Assembly (NCBI GenBank): GCA_945915235.1
Contig: CAMEEX010000002.1
Location: 6-64,005, forward strand
Length of the DNA: 64,000 bases
Origin: an uncultured Clostridia bacterium
GTDB lineage: Bacteria; Bacillota; Clostridia; Lachnospirales; Lachnospiraceae
Direction of reading: 5' to 3'
Under the pieces are notes generated by a model. The model saw nothing but the letters and a program-made list of their open reading frames with translations, was not told the origin of the DNA and searched no databases. The stretch's first letter is position 1; the number at the start of each line of letters is the position of its first letter. Of the stretch, positions 1-8,809 are shown piece after piece. The translations under genes and the position numbers were made by a program.

Positions 1-637
1 ACGCCTGTAGCAACTTTGAAATCATCTCAACATTGACCATTGGCCTTGTTGATTCCTGAAAGATAACGATATCGTTATCTGCATATTGATTTTTGACAAA
101 CTCCAAACCATTTTCCACAGACCGAATCCCACTAGATGCCGCAGGTATTAAACCTCTTAACTTAGTAATTTCATACTGTTTTGCATATGCAGTTATGATA
201 CTTTCCCAACCCTTTAGACAAACAACATAAATATCGTCAATAGATGGATGTTTTTGGTATGCCTCTAAACAATATACAATTACAGGTTTTCCTAAGATAT
301 CAATAAATTGATTAGGTATACTTTTGTGATTCCGAACCGACTTTCCCCCAGCCAGAATAATTGCAACCACTTTATTTTCTTGTGTCCTCGTATTGTAGCA
401 TAAGTTTAAATCAGAACTTTGTAATGTTCCGGCTAATGGATTAATTCCCATCAGATACTCTACGGTTGTATCAAGAATATTTGCAAATTTTAATAACTTT
501 TTTTGTGTAACATCATTTTCACCAGATTCTATTTTAGCAATAGTCGATCTTGTTTTATACCCCATTGCATCAGCCAATTCTTGTTGGGACATATTAAGTT
601 CAAGTCTTTTCTTTTTTATATTTACTCCAACCGACAC
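1..637 (-). CDS. XRE-family HTH domain fused to IspD/TarI-like cytidylyltransferase (3' end lies beyond window edge)
   Basis: Own minus-strand translation. GTG at 635-637 is preceded by GGAGG (645-649). N-terminus VSVGVNIKKKRLELNMSQQELADAMGYKTRSTIAKIESGENDV is an XRE-type HTH. It is followed by VVAIILAGGKSVRNHKSIPNQFIDILGKPVIVYCLE, a cytidylyltransferase glycine-rich motif. The ORF is absent from the track because it runs off the window. Confidence 0.7.
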   Translation of the reverse strand, partial: MSVGVNIKKKRLELNMSQQELADAMGYKTRSTIAKIESGENDVTQKKLLKFANILDTTVEYLMGINPLAGTLQSSDLNLCYNTRTQENKVVAIILAGGKSVRNHKSIPNQFIDILGKPVIVYCLEAYQKHPSIDDIYVVCLKGWESIITAYAKQYEITKLRGLIPAASSGIRSVENGLEFVKNQYADNDIVIFQESTRPMVNVEMISKLLQA

Positions 638-669
638 AATTATACCTCCAAAACAGCACTATTGTGTGT

Positions 670-698
670 ATTATAAATCAACATAAGGTGATTATCAA
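670..698 (-). promoter_or_regulatory. sigma-A-type promoter for the HTH-cytidylyltransferase gene
   Basis: Minus strand reads TTGATA (698-693), 17 nt, TATAAT (675-670), about 30 nt upstream of the GTG start. Confidence 0.5.
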
Positions 699-729
699 GT
701 AGAATTATATTAATATTGTTGATTTGAAA

Positions 730-758
730 TTGACACATGACTTTATACTTGATATTAT
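730..758 (+). promoter_or_regulatory. sigma-A-type promoter for the 856-3421 gene pair
   Basis: TTGACA (730-735), 17 nt, TATTAT (753-758). It is divergent from the promoter at 670-698. Confidence 0.45.
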
Positions 759-855
759 TAAGAGTACTTAATAAAGAATGAGGATAATCATCAAAAATGG
801 TTAGATATATTTTTTTAATTTTAAAACCTTAGTTCTAAATGAAAGGATATCTAAT

Positions 856-1599
856 ATGAATATAGGTGTAATTTTAGCTAGTGGCAATGGTACTCGAGTT
901 AGCTCAAAAATTCCTAAACAATTTATAGAAATAATGGGGAAGCCTATTTTGGCATACACGCTTGAAATTTTTCAAAATAATGAGAATATTGATGCTCTTG
1001 AAATTGTTTGTCAAAAAGATTGGATTAAAACTGTAGAACAAATTTGCGACAAATATAATATTACAAAAAAACGCTGGTTATGCACTGGGGGATCATCCTT
1101 TCAAGAATCTACAATGAATGGCATTTTTCATCTAAAAAACAAAATTTCTGAAAATGATATCGTTGTTATTTCATTTGGCGTATCTCCTATGACACCTCAA
1201 GAAGATATCAACGATTCAATACGCGTATGTAAAAAACACGGAAATGCTATCGCTTCAGCTGATATTGACCTTTGTACATGCATAAAAGATGATGATTATT
1301 CAACTACACAGAATATTATTAGAGAAACAATAAAAGGATTTGCAAATCCATGGACATTCAAATTCGGTGAATTATGTGATGCCTACGAGGAAGCTGTTCA
1401 AAAAGATATTCTTAATGATTTGGAACCGCATACAACTTCACTTTATTTAGCATTAGGCAAAAGATTGTGGTTTTCTCAGTGTACGTCACCGCAATATAAA
1501 ATAACACATAAGGCAGATATTGATCTTTTTGAAGGAAGTTTATTGCTTAAAGAAAAACGTGAAAGGGAGACACATAATGATAACATACAAAGAATTTGA
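856..1599 (+). CDS. IspD/TarI-like sugar-phosphate (ribitol-5-P / MEP type) cytidylyltransferase
   Basis: N-terminus MNIGVILASGNGTRVSSKIPKQFIEIMGKPIL matches the TarI/IspD GxGxR...PKQF signature. RBS AAAGGA lies upstream. Confidence 0.75.
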   Translation: MNIGVILASGNGTRVSSKIPKQFIEIMGKPILAYTLEIFQNNENIDALEIVCQKDWIKTVEQICDKYNITKKRWLCTGGSSFQESTMNGIFHLKNKISENDIVVISFGVSPMTPQEDINDSIRVCKKHGNAIASADIDLCTCIKDDDYSTTQNIIRETIKGFANPWTFKFGELCDAYEEAVQKDILNDLEPHTTSLYLALGKRLWFSQCTSPQYKITHKADIDLFEGSLLLKEKRERETHNDNIQRI

Positions 1600-3421
1600 A
1601 GTAATAAGAACATTACTCAAGGCAGATAAAACACCAACAGATATAGCCACATACGTTTATCTCAATATTCATTATTATGTATTTAAATCGAAAGATGAAG
1701 TTGCCGAACTTACTACCAGTCTTGAAAAAAAGGGGTATTTGAATAACGGTAAAGTGACAGAGACTGCAATAGAAGAATTAAGACCTTTGAAAGTTAATAA
1801 TGCCGTTATTCTTGCTGCGGGTGGTTCTGACATCTCAGCAAAATCTGTTTACAATATGCCCAAAGGTCTTTTTATGAAAAATGGAGAAACACTAATAGAA
1901 CGTCAAATCCGACAGCTTAAGGAAGCCGGAATTGATAATATAACTGTTATAATCGGATATAAACAGGAACTTTTTTTCTTTCTTATTGATAAATGGCGGG
2001 TTAATATTGAAATTAATCCTGATTTAAAGAAAAACAACATTTATTCGTTATATATTGCTAAAAATTCTCTTGGCTCAACCTATATTCTTAATTGTGATAA
2101 TTATTTTGAGGAAAATCCTTTTTCTCAATATGAGTATAACTCCTTTCATGCAACCGTTTATAAAGAAGACGCACATAATGAATTAGTAGTAAAGAAAAAT
2201 CAATCAGGAAGAATACTTAATATATATAGTTGTGTCAAAAGCGGGGAATGTATATATGGTCATGCATATATCAATTTTGAATTAAGTCGTAGGCTTGTAC
2301 AGTATATGGAAAAAGAAATTGATGACTTTCGCGTATCTGCACTTTTTTGGGAAGAATTTATTAATCGTCACATTGACGATCTTGATATGTATGTAAGGGA
2401 ATATCCTAGTAATTTTTTATATGAATTTGATTCTATTCAGGAAATTCAGAATATTGATGGTTTATTTCTTAGCAATGTATCTGGGTGGATTAATGAGAAA
2501 ATATGTTCTGTTCTTAATTGTACAGAAGATGAAATCAGTGATATTAACGTATTACAAAAAGGTCTTTCCAATATTCTTTTTACATTTGTTGTCCGAGACG
2601 AACGTTATATTTTTAGATACCCTGGAGACAGTACACATTTCTTTATATATAGAAAAAATGAATGTGTGGCTAATAGATTAGCCGCACAAGCTCATGTAGA
2701 TGACACATATATATATATAGATGAGCAAGGCGCCAAGATTTCAAAATTTCGTGAGAATTGTATTGACCTTCACGGTAAATATTACACTGATATTGAATTA
2801 ATGAAACAAATTGCCAGAAAGATACGTGCTTTCCATGACATGGGATACGATTTACCTAATTGGAAAGAATATACCTATGACCCCATATGGCAGTGTGAAC
2901 GCCTTTTTAAGGAAGCCTCAAAAATAAAAGGCGATTTATTTAAAATTTTTGAAAAAGAATGGATTATGCTTCGAAAACTTCAGCACTATGCTGATATGGA
3001 CGGGGTCAAGCATACAATGTGCCACAATGATATTAATATCGATAATATATTGATGACTGAAACAACTCTGGATATTATAGACTATGAATTTGCAGGATAC
3101 AATGACCCCGGATATGATTTCGGACGTGTGATTGCCGGAATCGATTACGAGGTCAATGATCCAAAAATTAAACAAATTCTTGAAGCGTATTTTGATCGCC
3201 CTGCTACAGAAAAAGAATACCTTCATTGGATGGCATACTCTGCGATTCATAATTGGTATTATGTTGGCTGGGCTCTTTATAAAGAAAGCATAAATGAAAG
3301 TAGCAGAGATTGGATGATATTCTTCTATAAACAGGCAAAAAAACTTGCCGCCTGGTGTTTACCACAATATGAAGCAATTTATGGTTACATGGAAGATCCC
3401 ACAACTACTCCATTGAACTAA
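1577..3421 (+). CDS. Three-domain protein: winged-helix-like N-terminus + LicC-like nucleotidyltransferase + LicA-like choline/ethanolamine-type kinase
   Basis: ATG at 1577 follows GGGAGA. The first ~70 aa (KEFEVIRTLL...LEKKGYL) look winged-helix-like. VILAAGGSDISAKSVYNMPKGLF...GIDNITVIIGY is an NTP-transferase fold. HNDINIDNILM and IIDYEFAGYNDPGYDFG are APH/choline-kinase catalytic motifs. I trimmed the track start at 1520. Confidence 0.75.
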   Translation: MITYKEFEVIRTLLKADKTPTDIATYVYLNIHYYVFKSKDEVAELTTSLEKKGYLNNGKVTETAIEELRPLKVNNAVILAAGGSDISAKSVYNMPKGLFMKNGETLIERQIRQLKEAGIDNITVIIGYKQELFFFLIDKWRVNIEINPDLKKNNIYSLYIAKNSLGSTYILNCDNYFEENPFSQYEYNSFHATVYKEDAHNELVVKKNQSGRILNIYSCVKSGECIYGHAYINFELSRRLVQYMEKEIDDFRVSALFWEEFINRHIDDLDMYVREYPSNFLYEFDSIQEIQNIDGLFLSNVSGWINEKICSVLNCTEDEISDINVLQKGLSNILFTFVVRDERYIFRYPGDSTHFFIYRKNECVANRLAAQAHVDDTYIYIDEQGAKISKFRENCIDLHGKYYTDIELMKQIARKIRAFHDMGYDLPNWKEYTYDPIWQCERLFKEASKIKGDLFKIFEKEWIMLRKLQHYADMDGVKHTMCHNDINIDNILMTETTLDIIDYEFAGYNDPGYDFGRVIAGIDYEVNDPKIKQILEAYFDRPATEKEYLHWMAYSAIHNWYYVGWALYKESINESSRDWMIFFYKQAKKLAAWCLPQYEAIYGYMEDPTTTPLN

Positions 3422-3442
3422 AATTTGTACAATTCAATATAT

Positions 3443-3532
3443 CCTGAATTACTCACACGTCAGTATTTGAAACAATTATAGTAATAATGTGTTCTTTAAC
3501 TATATTCTCAATATCGCTGTGAGTAATTCAGG
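3443..3532. repeat. Perfect 15-bp inverted repeat (3443-3457 / 3518-3532) with 60-nt spacer in the convergent intergenic region
   Basis: CCTGAATTACTCACA at 3443-3457 and its exact reverse complement TGTGAGTAATTCAGG at 3518-3532. The second arm abuts the stop codon at 3533. Confidence 0.8.
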
Positions 3533-4195
3533 TCATATTATTAATTTCTTAATCTCCCTCAATATATCCCCATAAGGTCTCCCTTTGCCAAACAACACCG
3601 TGGTACCTAAAACAAATCCTCTGACTCCCTTAGGAGCAAATGTCTCAATCTTGTCCATTCCGCATGCGCCGTCCCAGTAAATCTCAAAGCCCATCTCGTC
3701 CTTAATCTTGAGAAGCCTGTCTATCTTCTTTCCGACATAAGGCAGGTACATCTGTCCCGCATTTCCCGGATTAACCGACATCACCAGAACCTTATCCACA
3801 ATCTGAAGCATCTCCATAACTGTCTCAATACTGGTTCCCGGATTAATGGCTATTCCCGGTATCATTCCGGCATCTATTATCTTCTGCAAGGTAGTAGATG
3901 GGTGATACTCTGCCTCAGGGTGAATATACACCGTATCACCTTTTCTTAAGTTCTTAAGAAAAAGCTCTATATGTGTGTTAGGGTGCTCTATCATAAGATG
4001 AACGTCTAGCGGCAGCTTGGTGGCTGAACGTATGTATTTCATATCATTTAATGACATCGCATAGTTAGGAACATAACGTCCGTCCATTATGTCAATATGA
4101 AAGGAATCAATGCCTCCTGCCTCTAAATCCCTTATCTCCTTTTCCAGATTGCCAAAATTGGCGCACATCATCGATGCGGTTAATTCAAAACTCAT
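3533..4195 (-). CDS. Ribulose-phosphate 3-epimerase family protein (Rpe/AlsE-like)
   Basis: MSFELTASMMCANFGNLEKEIRDLEAGGIDSFHIDIMDGRYVPN is the classic Rpe N-terminal pattern. I chose the start at M11 of the track ORF. Confidence 0.8.
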   Translation of the reverse strand: MSFELTASMMCANFGNLEKEIRDLEAGGIDSFHIDIMDGRYVPNYAMSLNDMKYIRSATKLPLDVHLMIEHPNTHIELFLKNLRKGDTVYIHPEAEYHPSTTLQKIIDAGMIPGIAINPGTSIETVMEMLQIVDKVLVMSVNPGNAGQMYLPYVGKKIDRLLKIKDEMGFEIYWDGACGMDKIETFAPKGVRGFVLGTTVLFGKGRPYGDILREIKKLII

Positions 4196-4225
4196 ATGTA
4201 TTCCTCCATGAATAGTATTTCTCAT

Positions 4226-5797
4226 TTATATTTTCAAGGCTTTGACTATCCTCCTGCAACTTTCATTGTCATGAAATTTGTGCATGATACCCGTCAGCCT
4301 GCGTCTTTTTTCTGCCTTATCGTCCTCGCCCCGGTATACTCTGTCTATAAACCCACAAAAATTCTCAAAATTGTATAACTCATCTCCCGGAAGCCACTCC
4401 AATATGTTATCGAACACAAAGCCCCTGCTGTCTCTATATTCTTCAACATCATCAAGTGTAAATGCTATCGGTCTGTCAAGCAGCATATAGTCAACCGCAG
4501 CCGAAGAATAATCACTTATAAGCGCGTCCGCACAGCCAAGAAGCTGGTTGATCTGAATATCGCTGTCAAACAAAGTATCATTATCAATCATAACCATATT
4601 CGACAGTTCAAAATTCATTATCTTTGTCTTGTCCTGAAAAGGGTGCAGTTTTACAAGCAGGACAATATTTCTTTCTTTGAGATATAAATTAAGCTCCTTG
4701 CATCTTTCCAAGGTATTCACAATCGGCAGACCCGTCTGATTCTGATATTCGTATTCATTGAGATTTTCAAGACCTGATTTAGCCATACGAAATGTAGGCA
4801 GCCAGAAAACATACTTATCCGCCGCCGGAAGCTCCAGGCGCGTCATGTAGTCATCTGATTTATCGAACAGCCAGTCCTGCTTGGCATATCCTGTCACAAG
4901 CATCTGATTTTCATTAAGTCCATATATTTCCCGGTGAATATCTGAGTACAAATCACTGATTACCGTAGTGTACTCATATCTTTTTTCACATCTGACAAAA
5001 TTAACCCTTGTCTTAAATCCACAGCCATGCCATAGCTGGACTCTGACCTGGTCCTTCCTGCTGTTCCTTGCAAAGCCGTACGCATCTGTAAAAAATATAT
5101 ACTTTGCAAGACACAATACCCTATAGTATTCGTCCCTCTTGTCCATATCCTCACTGTCAGCCCAATCATACCCGATAAAGGATACATTCCTATAATCTCT
5201 TGTATATCTGTAGTATTTACCGGCAGGCTGTGTGAAATCGTCGGGATTTTTTACAAGCCAGACAAGCTCATATTTATCATTATAATGGTTAGAAAGCATA
5301 TATTCAAATAATGCTCTTGCATTATCGGAAAAGTCCATTCCATTTACATAGGAAGCCGCATGCGGTCCACTGCGGAATAATATAATATTTTCCAGAGAAT
5401 GAATTTCATATTTTTTTCTGTATGACAAATCAATTTCTGTTTCACGGTTCGGAAAAACATAGATTGGAATATTATATTTTTCTTCATCAATATACTGCAA
5501 AAGTGTACTATATACCTCTTTAAAAAAATCATCGGTAATTACGAAAACCGTGTCATCAAGATTAACTTTATTCAGTGTATCAAATCCGCAGACTTCTATC
5601 TCATGCCCGTCAACATCATGCTTTCCGTGATTTCTTGCATTGGCATCCAACACTCCCCGAATGGAATTGTCATAACCATATTTTAAGATATACTGTTCTA
5701 AATACGATGGCGAATACCCTACAAAAAAGATACCTCTTCCCGATATATCTCCATAATTTTTATCCGTCAAAATTACAAGCTCATCTGTTTTCTCCAT
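4226..5797 (-). CDS. TagB/TagF-family CDP-alcohol (glycerol/ribitol) phosphotransferase with degenerate N-terminal Rossmann-like module
   Basis: LWHGCGFKTR, WLPTFR and ISDYSSAAVDYMLLDRPI are Glyphos_transf motifs. The N-terminus GIFFVGYSPSYLEQYILKYGYDNSIRGVLDAN...TVFVIT follows the module pattern. Confidence 0.8.
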   Translation of the reverse strand: MEKTDELVILTDKNYGDISGRGIFFVGYSPSYLEQYILKYGYDNSIRGVLDANARNHGKHDVDGHEIEVCGFDTLNKVNLDDTVFVITDDFFKEVYSTLLQYIDEEKYNIPIYVFPNRETEIDLSYRKKYEIHSLENIILFRSGPHAASYVNGMDFSDNARALFEYMLSNHYNDKYELVWLVKNPDDFTQPAGKYYRYTRDYRNVSFIGYDWADSEDMDKRDEYYRVLCLAKYIFFTDAYGFARNSRKDQVRVQLWHGCGFKTRVNFVRCEKRYEYTTVISDLYSDIHREIYGLNENQMLVTGYAKQDWLFDKSDDYMTRLELPAADKYVFWLPTFRMAKSGLENLNEYEYQNQTGLPIVNTLERCKELNLYLKERNIVLLVKLHPFQDKTKIMNFELSNMVMIDNDTLFDSDIQINQLLGCADALISDYSSAAVDYMLLDRPIAFTLDDVEEYRDSRGFVFDNILEWLPGDELYNFENFCGFIDRVYRGEDDKAEKRRRLTGIMHKFHDNESCRRIVKALKI

Positions 5798-5811
5798 CAG
5801 TCTCTTCCATC

Positions 5812-7011
5812 CTATATCCAGCCATCAGCCTCGGCAAAATCCCAGAAAATCTCCTGCTGTTCAAACCATAGCAGTTTATTTTCCGGCACTCCGCGCCCGG
5901 CTAATTCTCTTTTTATTTCTGCCGACTTTACCTTATTCTTTACGGTTATCAGAATGTAGTCATAATCTATCCCTGCCAAATCCCTAGACGAAGTAAAATC
6001 CGAATCGACACTATATACAATCCTAAAGGAAGTATCCATAACCGCAACAACGCTGCTTCTTCCGTCATTTAAAATCTGTTTTTTATAAATCTCTCCCAGC
6101 TCACCTGCCCCGAACAGAATAAGCTTGGAATTGTGCGGTATCTTTTCCAGATAATACGGCTTAATCCATAATAAATTTTTATTTTCAAAACCAAGCCTTG
6201 AATTAATCCCCTTATACAACAGCTCTGTTATGTATAACTCAGCCTGCATTCTCATCGATGATGTAAAATTCGGATGAGCATACATGGAAATAAAATGCTG
6301 ATATACCGAGTTGACTGCTGTCAGATAATTTGTATTAGGCTTATGAACCATTGAAGAATTGTTCTGCATATAGTGATAGTAGGCTTCCCGTGCGATAAAA
6401 ACAGTTTTACAATCCAACATATATCTTACCACACATAATTTATCTTCCGAATAGGATATGCTGTCCTCAATACAATTCTGTGCCACACTTAATAAATCCT
6501 TTTTAAACAGCTTGCAGCACAGGGAACCTCTTATGCCGACATCCTTTTTTTCAATATTATATATGACCTGCTCTCTAAGCCCGTCCATTCTTTCTTCATC
6601 ATAGAAGCCCTCAGGAACGGTATCATAGTGCTGCGTTATATAATTTCCCTCATATTTATAACCGCTTGATACAAGGTCCGCACCCGTCTCGGTCATATAT
6701 CCGTAAAGCCTCTCATACATATCGTCATCAATCCAGTCATCGCTGTCGACGTATCCTATGTACTCCGAGCCTGCGCCTGCGATACCTGCCTTTCTCGCAG
6801 ACACAAGCCCCCCATTAGGCTTGTCAATTATCTTTATTCTGCAATCCCTGTCCTGATATCTTCTCAGCATATCAAGGCTGTTGTCTGTGGAGCCATCATT
6901 CACGCATATTATCTCTATATCCTCAAGAGTCTGTCTTAAGACACTGTCCAGACATCTCTCCAGATATTCAGAGGTATTATATACCGGTATTATTATCGAA
7001 ACCTTTGTCAT
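5812..7011 (-). CDS. GT2 glycosyltransferase with C-terminal Rossmann-like module
   Basis: VSIIIPVYNTSEYLERCLDSVLRQTLEDIEIICVNDGSTDNS and DSDDW are GT-A motifs. The C-terminus carries KLILFGAGELGEIYKKQIL...YDYILITV. Confidence 0.8.
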   Translation of the reverse strand: MTKVSIIIPVYNTSEYLERCLDSVLRQTLEDIEIICVNDGSTDNSLDMLRRYQDRDCRIKIIDKPNGGLVSARKAGIAGAGSEYIGYVDSDDWIDDDMYERLYGYMTETGADLVSSGYKYEGNYITQHYDTVPEGFYDEERMDGLREQVIYNIEKKDVGIRGSLCCKLFKKDLLSVAQNCIEDSISYSEDKLCVVRYMLDCKTVFIAREAYYHYMQNNSSMVHKPNTNYLTAVNSVYQHFISMYAHPNFTSSMRMQAELYITELLYKGINSRLGFENKNLLWIKPYYLEKIPHNSKLILFGAGELGEIYKKQILNDGRSSVVAVMDTSFRIVYSVDSDFTSSRDLAGIDYDYILITVKNKVKSAEIKRELAGRGVPENKLLWFEQQEIFWDFAEADGWI

Positions 7012-7017
7012 CTTTTT

Positions 7018-8448
7018 TCACCTGTTTTTTATCTTTTCAAGAATAATCGCTGCTATTTTTTCTGATGCATGTCCATCATCATAATTTTTCATTTTCCGCA
7101 TGAACTCATGCAGCCTGTGCCTGTAGGCATCATAATCAAAATCAAGTATCTTCCCACATAACTCGCTGTTGGACATACTCCTTATATATGGCAGTTCCTC
7201 CATAGGAATATAGAAATTCCTGTCATTAATATATTGCTCATAATCTTTCTGATATAAAAATACAGGACGTTCCGTAAACGAAAAATCATACATACAACCT
7301 GAATAGTCGGTTATCAGAACATCTGTTGCCGCCAGCAGCTCCTCGAAATCATCATATTTATCAACCGCTATATACACATTCTCATCAAAAGAATATTCTA
7401 TATTTCTGATATCCGGGTGTTTGCTTACTGCACACACAAACCTTCTGTTAAATCTTTTTTCTAACGCCCTGAGCACTTCATTTATGTCCAGATCATAATT
7501 CTCCGTTCCAAAATCCTTGCGGAACGTAGGAGCATACAGCACCATTCCAACCTCATCAGGTAGATTGTAATACTTGAAAACCTTTTCCCTTATATTGCTT
7601 TTGCTCCAGAATACATCCTGCCTCGGCAGACCAACCTGCGATATCTCGCCGTCATACCAGAAGGATTTTCTATACAGCTCGGTGTAAAATTCACTTCCCG
7701 AGATAAACAAATCCGCCATTTTAGAATCATTTATCGCATTGGCTAGATAGGTTTCAGGCAGCTTTTCTATTATATCCTTCTCAACCCTTTTTATGGGCGC
7801 TGCTCCATGCCATGCCTGAATGTAATACTGTCCCTGCCTTTTACGGGTGTCAAATGTCTTTCTTGAATTATCCACCCATATATGTGCTGTCGCCAGCTCT
7901 TCGTAATACTCTCTCGTTCCAAGCTTTACCTGCCTGATTTCCTTTGGAAGGTTATTGCTCAAATCGGACACAACCCACACCAGATCGCACTCTTTTTTTG
8001 TGTCCGATTCCAATAGTTTTTGTGCAATGTATTTAGGATTACAGCCGTATCCCATGCCCTTCATATTCATAAAAAGAATTTTATTGTTCTGTATCGGCTT
8101 CCTGTACAGCTTGTCATAAAACCCATCTATCAACTGTTCCGGATTTACAAAATACACCCGTGAACACCCAAGCCCGTTCAGCTTATCACCGATTATCTGA
8201 TGAAGCACTCTCTGAACGGCAACTATGTACAGCGCATCAGGATAAATCGCGCTTACCTTATCAACAACCTCAACATCAATACCGAATTTCTCATTGGCAT
8301 TCCCGCCCATTTCCGAAACGACAAAGTTTCTTATTTTATCTGAAAAACCATTTTCCTCCAAATAAAAATAGAGAATATTTGAAATTGTCCCTGCGCCATA
8401 TATAACTATATTTTCTGTTTCCTGACAAAGCATGTCCAGACTTTCCAT
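7018..8448 (-). CDS. TagB/TagF-family CDP-alcohol phosphotransferase with N-terminal Rossmann-like module
   Basis: The N-terminus carries NIVIYGAGTISNILYFYLEENGF...ALYIVAV. AWHGAAPIKR, LYAPTFR and ITDYSGCMYDFSFTERPVFLY follow. The start could instead be M6 (8433). Confidence 0.8.
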   Translation of the reverse strand: MESLDMLCQETENIVIYGAGTISNILYFYLEENGFSDKIRNFVVSEMGGNANEKFGIDVEVVDKVSAIYPDALYIVAVQRVLHQIIGDKLNGLGCSRVYFVNPEQLIDGFYDKLYRKPIQNNKILFMNMKGMGYGCNPKYIAQKLLESDTKKECDLVWVVSDLSNNLPKEIRQVKLGTREYYEELATAHIWVDNSRKTFDTRKRQGQYYIQAWHGAAPIKRVEKDIIEKLPETYLANAINDSKMADLFISGSEFYTELYRKSFWYDGEISQVGLPRQDVFWSKSNIREKVFKYYNLPDEVGMVLYAPTFRKDFGTENYDLDINEVLRALEKRFNRRFVCAVSKHPDIRNIEYSFDENVYIAVDKYDDFEELLAATDVLITDYSGCMYDFSFTERPVFLYQKDYEQYINDRNFYIPMEELPYIRSMSNSELCGKILDFDYDAYRHRLHEFMRKMKNYDDGHASEKIAAIILEKIKNR

Positions 8449-8455
8449 AATAATA

Positions 8456-8809
8456 TTAATTGCTCTCCCTTATAATATGAATTTTGTTGATGCCACAAGC
8501 CATCAGCTTCTCCGTCATCTGGCGCACACACATGCTGGCAACAAGATACACTGCATTCGGGTGCAGTCTAACCGCCTCCTCGACACTGTATATGTTCTTA
8601 TCCATAAGTATTCCTCCGACAATCGCTGCATTGCCGTCGCAAAAGCCTTTAACACTATCGGCGCGCCCTTTAAGCGAGAGCACCTCCCAACAATGCTTTC
8701 CCACTTTCCCGGCTCCATATATTATAATATCTTTTTCATCAAATATCTTTTTATCCTGCTCTATTGTTCCAATATAATCCACGTCAATCCCCCATATACT
8801 CTGAAACAC
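8456..8809 (-). CDS. Free-standing copy of the Rossmann-like module (possibly the frameshifted C-terminus of the upstream deacetylase)
   Basis: DIIIYGAGKVGKHCWEVLSLKGRADSVKGFCDGN...AVYLVAS. GTG start. It overlaps the 3' end of 8784-9692 by 26 nt, with a G5 run at the junction. Confidence 0.55.
   Translation of the reverse strand: MFQSIWGIDVDYIGTIEQDKKIFDEKDIIIYGAGKVGKHCWEVLSLKGRADSVKGFCDGNAAIVGGILMDKNIYSVEEAVRLHPNAVYLVASMCVRQMTEKLMACGINKIHIIRESN

Noticed and set aside
707-716. 10-bp palindrome ATATTAATAT between the divergent promoters as an operator for the HTH fusion protein
   Set aside because: Pure A/T palindromes of this length are expected by chance in a region this AT-rich, so I do not claim it without binding data.
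1520-1576. Upstream extension of the LicC/LicA-type fusion ORF
   Set aside because: It overlaps the 3' end of the preceding cytidylyltransferase gene in another frame. The ATG at 1577 has a GGGAGA RBS.
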